From the NCBI RefSeq assembly GCF_009914755.1, contig NC_060947.1: a stretch of DNA of 64,000 bases. The stretch is one strand, 5' to 3'. The DNA comes from the human T2T-CHM13v2.0 reference genome, Homo sapiens. Shown piece by piece: positions 9,740 through 23,246 of this stretch. A program made the position numbers and the translations under genes. Each line of letters starts with the position of its first letter. Within the stretch, counting starts at the first letter, position 1. The notes under the pieces are model-generated. The model was not told the origin of the DNA. It saw only the letters and a program-made list of their open reading frames with translations, and made no database searches.

Positions 9740-12570
9740 AATTACATTCATTAAGGTGTGCTCTAACCAAAATGACTAGAATGCATTCTGCATACCATAA
9801 GGGGAAATTCAGACACAGAGACATGCGTCCAGGGAAGAAAACGTGAAGTGGCATGGGGATAAATGGGCCACTTACAAGCCAAGGAAAGATCCCTGGAAGA
9901 GATCCTTCCCTCTTACTACTCAGAAGGAACCAACACAGCTGGCACTTTGATTTGGACTTCCAACCTGCTGAACCGTGAACAATAAATTTCTGCTGTTTAT
10001 GCCATCAGATCTGTGGTACTTTTTCAGAATAGCCCTAGCAAACTACTAGAGACTCTGTTGCCAAGCAGTGGGATGATGCAATAAGGAACCTCCAAAGATT
10101 GGACGAGGCCTCGGAACTAGGTAATGCATACAGGCTGGAAGTGTTTTGACATGCATGACACAAGAAGCCTAGAGTGACTTTAGGAAACAGCGGAGGGAAA
10201 TATGAACACCAAATGCAATTGAAACGAGGGCTAAGAAGAATTATTTGCTGTAGAGAAAGGATCTCTGACTTAGAGAATACATGTATCATGATCACCGAAA
10301 TGTTGCTAGAACTATGTGTGTTAAAGGTGCTTGTGGCGTGTTTGCAGACGGAGACTACGAAGAGGTTATTGGAAGCATGAGGAAAGGCCATCCTAGTTTT
10401 ACAGTGGCAAAGATTTGGGCTGTATTGTGTTCTTAGTGTCTTTGAGGAAAGCAGAATTTGTAAGTGATGAACTTGCACATGTAGCTGATTTCTAGTTTTG
10501 GAGTTCAGGGCACAATACCAAAAAATGGGGGCTTCAGAAGTATTTTCAGATAAAAAAGATTTTCTCTGACATTCTTGGTCCTCCTGTCTCTCAGTCCCAT
10601 TCAACCTCAGGGGCTAAACCCAGGAACCAGAATCCTTCTTCCCGAAGGTGGGTTCTAGAAACCAGAAGCTCTTTTTTATAGTCACAAAACCAAGAAATGA
10701 TATTGTAATATCTTCCACATTTTCATGTAAAAACTGTCCATGAAGAAATGATCTAACCTATCTTCTTTGAATGGAAGTCAGAAGACCCCCATTCCAGAGA
10801 GGGTCCTGCCCCGTATCCGGGAGGAAGGACTGTGTGCTCAGATAGGCCAAGCAGAGTCTAGACACACAGGCCTTGCCAGGTTTCCCCCACTCAGCCTATT
10901 CGCATTAGATCATAGTCTTTTTGTCCCATCATATTTCTACACAGATGTCCATATTCCTTTAAGCCAAGGCATAAAAATGGATAATAATTTCCCATGTATC
11001 TTTGGCTATTAACACTAAAGACTCCCAGGGAGACACATTGTATAAGTTGGTATGCCTTATGTCCTATGGATCTGCCTTTTGTGACTTGAGTTTTCAGTGA
11101 AACTTAAGAGGACAAGGGGGGAATCTTGGCCACTACACTGACAAACTGAGAAAAGTATTTAGGATTTAATCTGGTTTCTCCTAGATCTGTATAGTGAATG
11201 GGAGAGAAGAGAGAGAAATTAGCAAAGGAAGAACTGAGTAAAAGGAAGTCAGCATTGGATGACTCAGAAGGTACTCAAAAGATGCAGATACCTTGCTCTG
11301 GAAATAGGTGCAAGGGTGTGCCTGGAAGACCGTTAGCTAAAGAGGGGAGGTATGTGTCTCACAGATCCAATCAACTGTCTCTGCAGAAGTTAGGAATTGA
11401 AATATGGAAGATATTGGTATTCACGAAAGATCTTTAGACAACTTCTTGTCTGATGGCCTGGACGCATGTGAATTCCGTGGGAAGCCAAGAATTTTTTGAG
11501 AATTTTACAGCAGAAAAACATTGCCAGACTGGACTGAACGGGACAAAGATGGGACGAAATTCAAGGAGGCTGTTAGAGTTCCTGGACTGTACCGGCAAGA
11601 AAGGGACTGACTGAGGCACCCAGCTGTGACCATTTCTTCATTTTCGAGACAGGGAGGAAGGACTCCAAAGTTGGGTCAGAGGTTGGCATGGCCGTCACTG
11701 CCCCCAAGAACCAGGGGCACGGTACTAGGGGACTGGGCCATCTCTCTCTTGGTCCCAGAAATGGAGGTCACCTCCTGAGTTCCAGGCATTTGTCCCACCT
11801 CCTCGGTTTCAGAGGGATGGGCTGCAGCAGCCCAGGCTGGGGGGAGAGCCCCCACCCGGCTGCCCAGGGCTTAGGGTGTGAAGCTGTTACCCCATTGGGC
11901 CTGAAGGACAGAGCACTGAGCCCAAGCAGAATCTTTTCCATCTTTAGAATGTAACGGAATTTGCCCCCATTAGGTTTCAAAAGTGCTTAGGGCCCACGTA
12001 CTCCAGTAGTTTTTCGGATTTCCTGCTTTTGGTATGATAAGCCCTATCTGGTATCAGTCTCACAACTGTCTTTCAGAAGGAGATAACTTGTCTAGCTTCA
12101 CAGATGCAGTGGTGGAGAGAATTCCCGCCTCAGCATGAATCATACCTGGAGGCTCACCCATTCCAGATATAGAAGATTATCAGGTGAGATATTAGAGAAT
12201 TGACGTTGGAGTGAGTTAAGTCTTCAGGGATGTTGTGATGAAATGAATGTATTTTCTATGTGAGGTTGTTAATTTGTGTCACGGAGTGGTGCAGAAGGTG
12301 TACTAGTATGTATGGAGTTGTGTCTCCCTACAATTCAGAGGTAGAAGTCCTGGCCCCCAGTGTTTTAGAATGTGACCTTATTTGGAGAGAGTCTTTAGTC
12401 AGGTCATCTGGTTAAAGTGAAGTTATGAGGGTTGACCTTATCCAACAGGATTGGTCTCCTTACAAAATGGTGACAATTGTAATCCAGAACTGTGAGATAA
12501 AAAATACATAGTGTTTAAGTCAGCCAGTCTCTGGAATATTTTTCAGCGGCCCTAGAAAACTGATAGAATA
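9740..12570 (+). mobile_element. ERVL-MaLR LTR/internal block with a nested ERV1-type LTR (~10495-11137)
   Basis: MaLR LTR motifs (gaaccgtgaacaataaatttctgctgttt; aatgtgaccttatttggaga) and internal-like sequence. Paralogous blocks at 45700-48450, 53470-54890 and 57847-59900. Confidence 0.65.
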
Positions 12571-13459
12571 CACCTCCATCAGAAGCATTGAAAGCATACA
12601 ACCCATCGAAGAGCCAAAGAAGCACACCCATGTAATCACAGGTTTCCCCTTCAACTCCCATTGAACATCCCTGGACAACTAACTCTACCTATTTCAGACC
12701 AGGAAACCTGATCACACATTGGGCCATGGCCCCTTGGCTGCAGTTGCCTCACTGGCTGACACGGATCTGAGTGGAGCTTGTGCTGCTCCATTGGACGGCA
12801 TTCCATCATCCCCATGATGCACTGAGGCCAGTCATGAAGGTTTTCTTAAACAAAAGATTCTAGCCTGAAGAAGAGCAGAATCAGGTAAATCTAAACAAGT
12901 GAGATTTCATTACGAAGGAGCCTAGAATAGGTATTGTTCCTTAGACTTTTTGATGTAGTTTTCTCTGCCGTGTTTGTGTCCTTGCTTATATTTTCAAATG
13001 AACTCCAGGTTACAGGGAAGGCTGATCAAATGTTTGACTGGACTCTCTTTATCCCATTCATGCTGTTTTCCCTACATTGATACTTCTTATTTGTTGTTTA
13101 AGCAGTAAAGGTCTTTCCCGTAGTTTGCGTTTCTTTAAGTCACAGCATGACATCATGATTGCCTAATAGGTTCCGCTTCTGCTCAATGACCCAAAGAAAT
13201 ACCATATCAAATGTGTGAGCTTCCTCCTCCGATCTTCACATCAATCCACCCCTTTCCTCTTTCTTCCTGTAATTCACCGGCATCAGTCCCCTTGCCCCCT
13301 CACTCTTCACTCCCCACAACCAAATCAGATTTCATTGTTAACCCTGTTTTACTAATGGCCCTCTTTGATTTCTGAATTTACAAAGGGAAAACACATATTC
13401 CAAGGTAAAATATCTCAGTGGATTTGGTTTCTCAAAAGGACTTGTCTAATTACACACAT

Positions 13460-13803
13460 ATGCAAGGGTAACTTCAGAAATTTATTCGTATGTCTTAATT
13501 CACAGAAACATTGGCATTTTACAGCAAAACAATTAGCATAATGAGAAATAAGTCACTGAGTGAGATGTGGTGTTTTGTCAGGTACACAGCTCTGTCTCTG
13601 GGAAGAAGCAGGGTTCTGGCAAGGGTCTTTGGTTTGGCAAGGGTTGTTCCGGACTTGTAGGAACATTTGGTGGCACCATCCAGAAGGATTTACTTGCAGC
13701 TGATTTTGTGGGGTTTTTCTTGGTCTCCTCGTGCAATAAGCACAACTTCAACTATTTTCATAACATTTCTCTTCAGCTATTTCTGTAATATTTTTCTAAT
13801 AAT
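13460..13803 (-). other. H2BW2: H2BW2 predicted non-coding exon 3 with AATAAA (13481-13486)
   Basis: Acceptor tttcttttttttccag at 13804 and poly(A) signal, both conserved in the H2BW1 arm. The 3' end is approximate. Confidence 0.65.
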
Positions 13804-15050
13804 CTGGAAAAAAAGAAAGTAACAGATCCCAATGAGTGGACTTCTTGGTTCTATATCATTTCTCTATGGATCCCAAGTGGAGCTCTGGAGGTGACCTTCC
13901 CCTCTTCCCATCTGCACTACTCAGGGAAGCTCTGGCTACCATCTTGCCCTGACCCTGTTTCCCTCTTGACCAAGGGGTCCTCTTTAAATGGTGGAATAAT
14001 CTATGTGGCTATGTGTTGGGCCCTCTGGGGTGGTTCTTTCCCACTTCTGATGGGCTCAAGAAAATTTTGATTTTTGTCATTTATCCAGCTTTTGTTTCAT
14101 GGTTTGACTGAGAGTGCCATCCTTTACTGGTTTCTACATATGAAGGAGAAGGGTTGTTTATGAGATGTTTCAAAATTTACGGGAAACATTTAACAAAAAT
14201 GGCCACATGTTGAGCTTCAAGGCACAACATAATAAATTCCTGTGGGTTGCAGTCCCAGAGTATGTTCTCTTGTCCACATACTCGGGCGACTGGAAATCAA
14301 TGGAAAAGGAAAGCAATGGGAAAGTGAGCACCTGCTCTGAAATTCAGCAATACACTTATAGAAAAAAATGCTTAAAATGCCAAGACTTGGGACCCAGAAG
14401 AGAGCACAATGAAAGGTAGCCTATATTAATATTAACATGAATATAAATATGCTAATCTTTTGAGGAAATAAGCCTTATCTGACTTCTACTAATGGTTGCC
14501 AATGTTCTGTATAACTTGATGTTAGGGACAAGGTACATATTCTAATCTTAGCTTTGGATTCATATCCCTAAAAGATCATGATTACAAGCAATGCAAACAA
14601 AAACATCAGGTAAAGAATCACACTGCCGTTCCTTTAAACACCAGGTTGAATATAACAGGAAGGCTGCTGTGGGTTCAGCTTGGGTCACTCCCCCCACATT
14701 GGGTCAATGACTGTTGCTCATAGACTGCAGGTCACTCATTGGCTGTACCACTGTACACTAGGGCATGAGCTGTTTCCGTGGACACTCCGTAATCCTACTG
14801 ACACACACCTGGAAGTAAGGAAGGTTTCTGTTCAAAAAGAAATGAAAAAATTACTGTCAGTACAAAAAGAGAATGAATTACAATAGTGGTCTCAGAGTCG
14901 GGGAAGCTGGAAAACGAATGGATTCTTGAAAATTTTATTTAGCCATATATATACTGTAACTGGGCCTCGTTTGCTTATTTACATGGATTCATGATGAGAG
15001 AGATGCTGAACACATTTAGGAGGGTTACCTTGCTTCTTGTATCAGCATAT

Positions 15051-15087
15051 TCACTTTCTCTGTTGCCATATCGCACATAATGAAGTT
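15051..15087 (-). CDS. H2BW2: Histone H2B.W2 (H2BFM) coding exon 2: (R)TSLCAIWQQRK*
   Basis: Acceptor tttccag at 15088. The 428+37 nt spliced CDS gives 154 aa, matching the H2BFM C-terminus as recalled. Donor AAG|GTAACC at 15029. Confidence 0.9.
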
Positions 15088-15437
15088 CTGGAAAATCCCA
15101 CCATCCAGTCGTAGGAGAATGAGAGTGAAAAAGGTAAACATCAGTACATTGATAACATCATCATAAAGATAACCTAGAAAGATAACTAAGAAAAACGGCC
15201 ATTTGGGAAACTGAGGACACGAAACACGATTACGGAAACACCCCCTACTTTTCCTTGGAGCATATTGCACTACAGATATATTGGAGTTGACAGTGTTTTG
15301 CACTGTGGGAAAAATGCTTGAAAAACCGCAGGAGGCCACACGGCACATGCCCCCCAAGCTGGAACGGTGCCACCCACACCAACCTCCGGTGGGGTCCCCC
15401 CCTTGGCGGGCCACTGGCCTATAGGGCCACGGGCGGT

Positions 15438-15453
15438 GGTTCTGAATAGAGCC
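15438..15453 (-). terminator. Degenerate histone 3' stem-loop within H2BW2 intron 1
   Basis: CCCAAA-GGCTCT-ATTC-AGAACC-ACC vs canonical CCAAA-GGCTCT-TTTC-AGAGCC-ACC; 38 nt after the unspliced TGA. Confidence 0.85.
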
Positions 15454-15510
15454 TTTGGGTTTCCCAGGTGCTCAGGCGCTCCTGAGACAGCTCACTTGCT
15501 TTTGGTGTAC

Positions 15511-15938
15511 CTGAGGGCGGCATTCGTGCCCTGGGCCTCGGCGAGCTTGCCCATCTTCCCCGGCAGCAGCAGTCGCACGGCCATCTGGATGTCCCGGGAG
15601 GTGATGGTCACGCGCTTGGTGTAATGGGCCAGCTGACCAGCCTCGGTGGCGATGCGGTCCAATATGTCATGGATCATAGAATCCATGACACTCACGGCCT
15701 CCTGGGAAAGGCTGAGGCCCTGGTGAACCTGCTTCAGCACCCGGGGGAAATAGGGGGTGAAGCTGTCCCCGAAGCTGTCCCCACGGCGGTTGGCGTGGCG
15801 CCTGCGGGAGCCTCGGCACCCTCGCCTCTTCTGCTTCTGGGCCTTCGTGGAGTTGGCCTCTTTGGGCTCCTGGATGCTCTGGCCTTCCTCCGAGGTTGTC
15901 TCAGAGGAAGCCTCAGCCATGGCGGAAGCAGCGGCCAT
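15511..15938 (-). CDS. H2BW2: Histone H2B.W2 (H2BFM) coding exon 1
   Basis: MAAASAMAEASSETTSEEG...DSFTPYFPRVLKQVHQGLSLSQEAVSVMDSMIHDILDRIATEAG...RLLLPGKMGKLAEAQGTNAALR is an H2B histone fold. Donor CAG|GTACAC at 15511/15510. Confidence 0.97.
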
Positions 15939-15989
15939 TAGATAGCAAGAACAGAGAGTGACGGTTGGGGACCAGGGAAGTGGGGGGCA

Positions 15990-16485
<496 letters not shown>

Positions 16486-16615
16486 AGAGAAAACTTATTT
16501 CAAGAAAATAAAACATGATGTTGATACCCATTGAAGGATGCACACTACAAAAATCTGAGAACATTTATAAACTTGGTTACAAAACTCATACCTGAAATAT
16601 TATAAATTAAATCAC

Positions 16616-16618
<3 letters not shown>

Positions 16619-16651
<33 letters not shown>
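16619..16651. repeat. (CA)n microsatellite
   Basis: Read directly. Confidence 0.95.
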
Positions 16652-16653
<2 letters not shown>

Positions 16654-19163
16654 GGGAAACAGTTTACTGCTGTAAATAACAATTTAGAAGCATCAAACGG
16701 GGCAAACATTACTAATGGAACAAGCAGACCTCATATAATCTTTTTTCAACATTACCTCTATTATACAATTCATTTAAATACATAACAAAAACCCACAGTG
16801 CAGAAATAGCTAAATCAAAAATTCAATGAACAGCACCCCTTTCAAGCTTCCGAGAAAATAAAGTAAGGACTCTAACTCATTCACATTTGTCTAATTCTAT
16901 TGTTTCCCAGTCTACAATCTTTTTTAATGCAAAGCTTAATGTCCTGTGAGTATGCATCACTTACGATGGAAGTATCCAATGAGAGCACCCAAACCCCACT
17001 CTCCACTGGCTCAACTAATGAAGTGTCTTCAGCCCTGGGCCTGAGCCACTGGCTCAGAATGTGAGCAGGTGACCAGTCCTGAACCAATAAATGCCCTCCT
17101 AGCTGTTCAGCCTTGTAAATTGAGGAGAAAATTAGTTTGAGGTTTTTGTCCACTTTTTATTTCTTTGTTTGATTTTTCGTTTTATTGTAATTGTGGTGAA
17201 TTAAAGATTTGAATCCAAAGCTGTGAGTAAGCATGTCTCCTACCTCTGGCATCATATTATGAAGGCAAGTTCTCTGAAAAGGAATTTGGAGGAAAGAGAC
17301 TATTCCTGTGAACAGCTTGCACACCAGGGAGGGGCAGACTTCAGTGTAAAACAAAGGCGAAGTTCCAGAGAACTAAAAGAGGATATGGCTTTTATAGAGA
17401 AAGTTCCCATCGAGGTTCTCAGTACAGTCCATTCATGCAAATAAAGGATTCAAAATTAGTTCTGATTGGTTGACTCAGTTGATCTCTGATTGGTCAACAC
17501 GACTGAGCCCTGATTGGCAGGGGCAGGTGAGCTCTGGCTGGTTGGTTCAGGTGACCTCTGAAAGTTGCAGAGTTAGATAGAGGTATGGGCTTTTGGGGAA
17601 TTCCTAGTACATGTGTGAGCTCTAGTCTGCACGTGGCAGCTTGCTTGGCTCTAGTTTAGATTTAGGCTCAGTCACTGGGATCCATCTGGAAAGACTGGCT
17701 CTTTTAGGTTTACATTTGTCCACAAGTTTAATAAAATGATAGTGACCAATTAAAAAAACTAGGACGACTCTCCTTTTTTTTTCAATTTGATTGTTGTGGG
17801 GCTTTTTCACTTTCAGGCACATGTGTCTGACAAAATTAACCCACTATGGTAATTTGAGACAATAAAAACACTTACTTCAGTACAAAGCTTTCTCCAAAAT
17901 ATGATTGGCCCTGATTCTTGATGCAATATAATAGTCTTCCCCTTTCATTAGACTGTCACTCTGCAATAAGGGGGAAGGAGTGTGGAAGTGAGTGGGGGCA
18001 CAGAAGAAGCTGTAAAGGGTGGCTATTTCCTCTTTTTCCTTATCCCAGACATTTTCCCTAGTATAGTGACCATGTGTCCTGATTTCACCTGTTGTCCCTT
18101 AGTAATTCTTAACAGCATCCCCTTTCACTCTGAAACATGTCCAAATTTACAAATCTGTACTTCCCAATGTAACTAGAACATGCAGGAAGTTGTGAGTGTA
18201 GTAGATCTCAGATCTTTGTTGAATGAACAGATAAATAAATGAACCTATGTTAGATAAGAGACTGGCCCATGACAACCTATGAGACCATTGCTGAATTCTG
18301 TGGCTAGTCCACACGACCCATCGGGACCTCTTGGGTACAGTCCCCTTTCCTGTTCTGCACTTAAAAGGAATTATTTCTCTACAAAGCTGTCTGAGTCCCC
18401 GTGTTAAACCCATGAGAATGTCAGATTTTGTTTCCTCCATGATCTGCATATCACATTGACTCCTCCCAATAACTCTTTATGGTGTAGATATTTTAGCCTC
18501 AACTTTTTGGCAGACAAGAAACACAGTAACTAACAAACGTGTCCAGTGATCACACAGCTGATAAATGGAAGAGCAGAAATTCAAATCCACGTCAGTCTGA
18601 GTCCAGAACCCAAGCACTTGAACGTTGTCTCCTGCCATCCTCTCTCATACTGCGGTGATGGCACCTTCAACGCATGAATACGTAGGTAGACAGTCTGAGG
18701 TGAGCCTCCCCTTCACAACAAGTCTTTACGTAGTTTGATCTTTCCCTGAAGGCAACGTGATAAATTCAGAGGTGTAAAAGCAAAAGCATCAAGTTAGCCT
18801 TCCTGCAAATGTATACAAGAAACCTGATTTTCTCGTGCAGCCACGGGAGTTTCTTCAAGCAGCAGTTAGCAAATTCAACCATGCCTGAGCTCAATTGTGT
18901 GTTTCAATAGCTGTCTGAAACAAATGCATAGCCATTCCATGTTGCACAATTGTGTCCAATGCAGATGGACTCCAACTTAGCATGGTTCAACTTAAAATTA
19001 TTTACCTTTGTGATAGGTTTAACTGGACTTAACTCCATTGTAAGTTGGGGAGCATGTGTTTAGTCTGTTGCAGATTGGTGAGAGACAGGGTGGGAAGCAG
19101 TGAGTGGGGAAAATTTTCAGGTTAGGGTTATACAGTCATTACCCGATGATCAACATTTAGCTC

Positions 19164-19683
19164 TGTGATGGCCAATTTCATGTCTTGTCTCGTCTTGTCT
19201 TTCCAACCAGGGGGAGATTTTTTTCCCAAATAAGCAAAGATAGAGATCTAGGTAACTCGGCTTGGTTGGGTTACAGTACCTAGATATGTGGTCAAATTTT
19301 ATTCTCAATGTTTGTGTGAATGTCCTTTTCGGTAAGATTAACATTGAAATCAATGGATCTGAGTACAACAGACTGCCCTCCATATTGGCCTGAATAGACC
19401 AAAAAGACTGACTTCCCCCAAGCAAGAGTAAATTCTGCAACAGACAGCCTTCACACTTGAACTGCAACATCGGCTCTCCCATGGGTCTTCAGCCTCATGG
19501 TCTTTAGACTTAAACTGTCACCTCAGCTTGTACCTGGGACTCTAGGCTGCCAGCCCACCCTGCAGATTTAGGACTTGCCAGCCTCCATAATCACATGAAT
19601 CAGTTTCTTACAATAAATCTCTCTCGACAGATAGATGGATAAATATCCTATTGGTTTTATTTGTCTGGAAATCCCCTAATACA
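19164..19683 (+). mobile_element. MLT2-like (ERVL) solo LTR
   Basis: Starts tgtgatgg..aatttcatgt and ends ccctaataca; contains ggacttgccagcctccataatcacatg. Confidence 0.75.
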
Positions 19684-20330
19684 AGCTTTCTGCACCAAAA
19701 CATTGCTGCAGAGATCTGTGTGTTTTTCCCACATGTAAAATATCCACTTAAATATGAGACGTTTTCGTGATTCCATTAATCAATACCTTTGCCTTTGATT
19801 AGTGACTACACTGTTAAGTCAGTAGTTTTTCCTGGATCTTAAGAGATGTTTCTTCATCATTTGATATGACTGGGGACAACAACGTATTCAGTTCAATGGT
19901 AAAGTTGATGACTTAATTAAAATTATTATCACTGAAAATAACAATCCCTTGAACATTGGTAGAGTCCAGGTGGCACGTGCTAACCAGAAGAGTGAATGAA
20001 CTTACCCTACTTCCGACCTTGCCAGTTAATTGCACTCCCTTTCATTACCACCCATATAGCTGATACTCATATGGGTTGGTGTCAATTAAGCCAGGCATTG
20101 CTATAGTAATAAAAAGAGGCACCACTGACTGAATGGTGACTGTGCCAGGCATTTTTCTAAGTGCTTTACAGGTAATTGCTTCAATTACCTTTCACAAGAT
20201 CTCCGTGAAGTAGTGTTATTATCTCCATGCTTATGGATAAAGAAACTGAACCACGTAAGAGTGTCACTTGCCCAAGATAAAACAGGTAGAATATTACCGA
20301 GGGAATAATCAAACAAATTTCTACACATTT

Positions 20331-21345
20331 AAGCTTCTGCTCAGAAAAAGAAGATATCATCAGAGTGAACAGGCAACATACGGAATGGGAGAAAATTTTT
20401 GCAATCTGTCCATCTGACAAAGGTCTGATACCCAGAATCTAAAAGAAACTTAAAGAAATTTACAAGAAAAAACAAACAACCCCATCAAATGTGGGCAAAG
20501 GATATGAGCAGATACTTCTCAGAAGAAGACATTCATGTGGCCAACAAACATGAAAAAAAGCTCATCATCACTGGTCGTTAGAGAAATGCAAATCAAAACC
20601 ACAATGAGATACCATCTCGTGCCACTTAGAATGGCGATCAGTAAAAAGTCAAGAAACTACATATGCTGGCGAGGCTGTGGAGAAATAGGAACACTTTTAC
20701 ACTCTTGGTGGGAGTGTAAATTAGTGCAACCATTGTGGAAGACAGTGTGGGGAGTCCTCAAGGATCTAGAACCGGAAATTCCATTTGGTCCAGCAATCCC
20801 ATTACTGGGTATACACACAAAGGCGTATAAATTATTCTATTATGAAGACACAAGCACACGTATGTTTATTGCAGCATTATGTACAATAGCACAGACTTGG
20901 AACCAACCCAAATGCCCATCAATGATAGACTGGACAAAGAAAAGTGGCACATATACACCATGGAATACTATGCAGCCATAAAAAAAGAATGAGTTCATGT
21001 CCTCTGCAGGGACATGGATGAAGCTGGAAGCCATCATTCTCCACAAACTAACACAGGAAGAGAAAACCAAACACTGTATGTTCTCACTCATAAGTGGGAG
21101 TCGAACAATGAGAACACATGGACACAGGGAGGGCAACATCACATGCTGGGGCCTGTCAGGGCTGGGGGACAAGGGGAGGGAGAGCATCAGGACAAATACC
21201 TAATGCATGCGGGGCTTAAAACCTAGATGACGGGTTGAGAGGTGCAGCAAATCACCATGGCACATGTGTACCTATGTAACAAACCTGCACGTACAGCACG
21301 TGTATCCCAGATCTTAAAGTAAAATAAAAAGAAAAGAAAAGAAAC
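20331..21345 (+). mobile_element. 5'-truncated primate L1 (L1PA7/8-like) 3' end
   Basis: ORF2 C-terminal peptides (ORF 20535..20981), 3'UTR and A-rich tail. Confidence 0.9.
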
Positions 21346-21419
21346 AAACATAGTAACCCCGGGAAGAAAAGATGAAAGCATTTTAAACACCAGTTTAGAG
21401 ATAGTGGAATAGAGATTTA

Positions 21420-22577
21420 GTGAATCACAAGGTAGATAAAAATAATTATACATGATACTGCATACAGGGAACGAAGAAAGAAAAGATTAAAGAGAGGCAA
21501 GGAGACTAAAGGTGTGGTCAAAGAAGGTAGGATGAACATCATATGGGCATTACAGAAATGGAAATAAGAGTGAATTTTGCGAAAATAATATTCAGAGAGA
21601 AATGGCTGGTAATTTTCCAGAATAAAGGAAACACATGATTTGCGATTCAGGAAACACACTTGTACACACCATACTAAAGCTACAGAAAAGTGAAAACATA
21701 GAGATCATAATAGCTGAGAAAAAACGCATTGCCTTCCGGGGAATAATGAAGAGTTTGTCAGCAGACCTCTGTCTGTCAATGAACGGAAGCCAAAAGCAAA
21801 GTCTGAGAGAAAATACTGTCAACCTAGAGTTGCATTCCTAGCTAAAGTATCATGAAATAATAAGGAGGCTGTGATAGACATGCAGGAGAACCACCCAGAA
21901 TCCCTGTCAAGGACGGATTTGATGTTTGTGAGGCTGGGAGTGCAGGCAGGTGCCAGTCAACAGCCACTTGTCCCTGAGGACACTATCTGAGCTGCCTTGC
22001 TCTAGCTCATGCCCTTCCCGAGGTGGACCACATGCAAGGACAAATCCAGGAAGGGGTATAAAGATCTAGCTAACTATTCCCAAAGCTGAATAACTATGAT
22101 GGGCCGTTTTACCTTCAGAGCTTCTTTAGGTATCACAAGAGGCTTTTGTTTGGCCTGAAGTAAGCATGAACTTCTTCCTCTGCCCACTCCTGCCTCCTTC
22201 CTGCCCCTTCCTCAGCTGCCGATCCAGGATAAGTGTCCTGCACACTAAACTCCATCACGGTGTCAGCTTCCTGCAGAACCTAACCCAGAAACAATGATAC
22301 GGGAGAGAAATTGAAAACTCTTAGTGTTGACACCAACAGAAACCTTGTTAAAGAAATTTCTGAAGAATGTCATGTAAAGAGATGTAAACTGACCAAAAGA
22401 GCACAATTGGAGGTGCCAACAGGGAATAGTAATGCAATACACTGACAAATAAGGGTGAATGAAAAACAATGACTTACGAAACGGATGCGGTGAAGACTAC
22501 GAAGACATTGAACAATCAATGAAACAAGAAAGAACTACCTATTATAATTATGCATCATGTGCGCAAGGGTGGCATCC
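21420..22577. repeat. Old direct duplicate of H2BW1 upstream region (36400-37430 + 40380-40790), includes LTR16-like element 21870-22293
   Basis: e.g. aaaactcttagtgttgacaccaacagaaaccttgttaaagaaatttctgaagaatgtcat at 22313 vs 37273. Confidence 0.85.
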
Positions 22578-23246
22578 TTGCGATTTAAGTAAGGGGCACG
22601 TGACCTGTGGCATCCCACCGATTTTTCACACATTCTTTCCCCAAGAACTAAACATTGTCAACTCTGCTTCAATCTGTATCTGTGGTGCAGTTTGTTCCAC
22701 GGGAAATAATTGATTTCATTTGATAATTTTGCAGGTAATCACTTCGTTACACGGTCATATCTGTCAGTTCGATTCACAGGTCTCCCTTTTTAAGGATTTG
22801 TCAGATCAACGTTATTTTTGTAGCAAAGTCCCTTAATATTTTCACTCTTATTCTCCCTAGAGAATTTGGTGGAATAGTCCACGTCTGTTATGTTTGATTT
22901 GGCAACATATAAAATGAAATTCTTGATATAAACATCTTACCTATTTAATCCCATTTTTCGAACACATCTCATATACGGAATTCTTTTCAATACACAAATT
23001 TGGACCCAAAGAGAGGAGGAGCCAAGATGGCCGAATAGGAACAGCTCCGGTCTACAGCTCCCAGCGTGAGCGACGCAGAAGACGGGTGATTTCTGCATTT
23101 CCATCTGAGGTACGGGGTTCATCTCACTAGGGAGTGCCAGACAGTGGGCGCAGGTCAGTGGGTGCGCGCACCATGCGCGAGCCGAAGCAGGGCGAGGCAT
23201 TGCCTCACCTGGGAAGCACAAGGGGTCAGGGAGTTCCCTTTCCGAG

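Noticed and set aside
10035-10604. 189-aa ORF and similar 100-190-aa ORFs (54682..55239, 58620..59021, 53508..53891)
   Set aside because: They lie in LTR/ERV-derived sequence, have no recognisable domain, and the frames are not preserved in paralogous copies.
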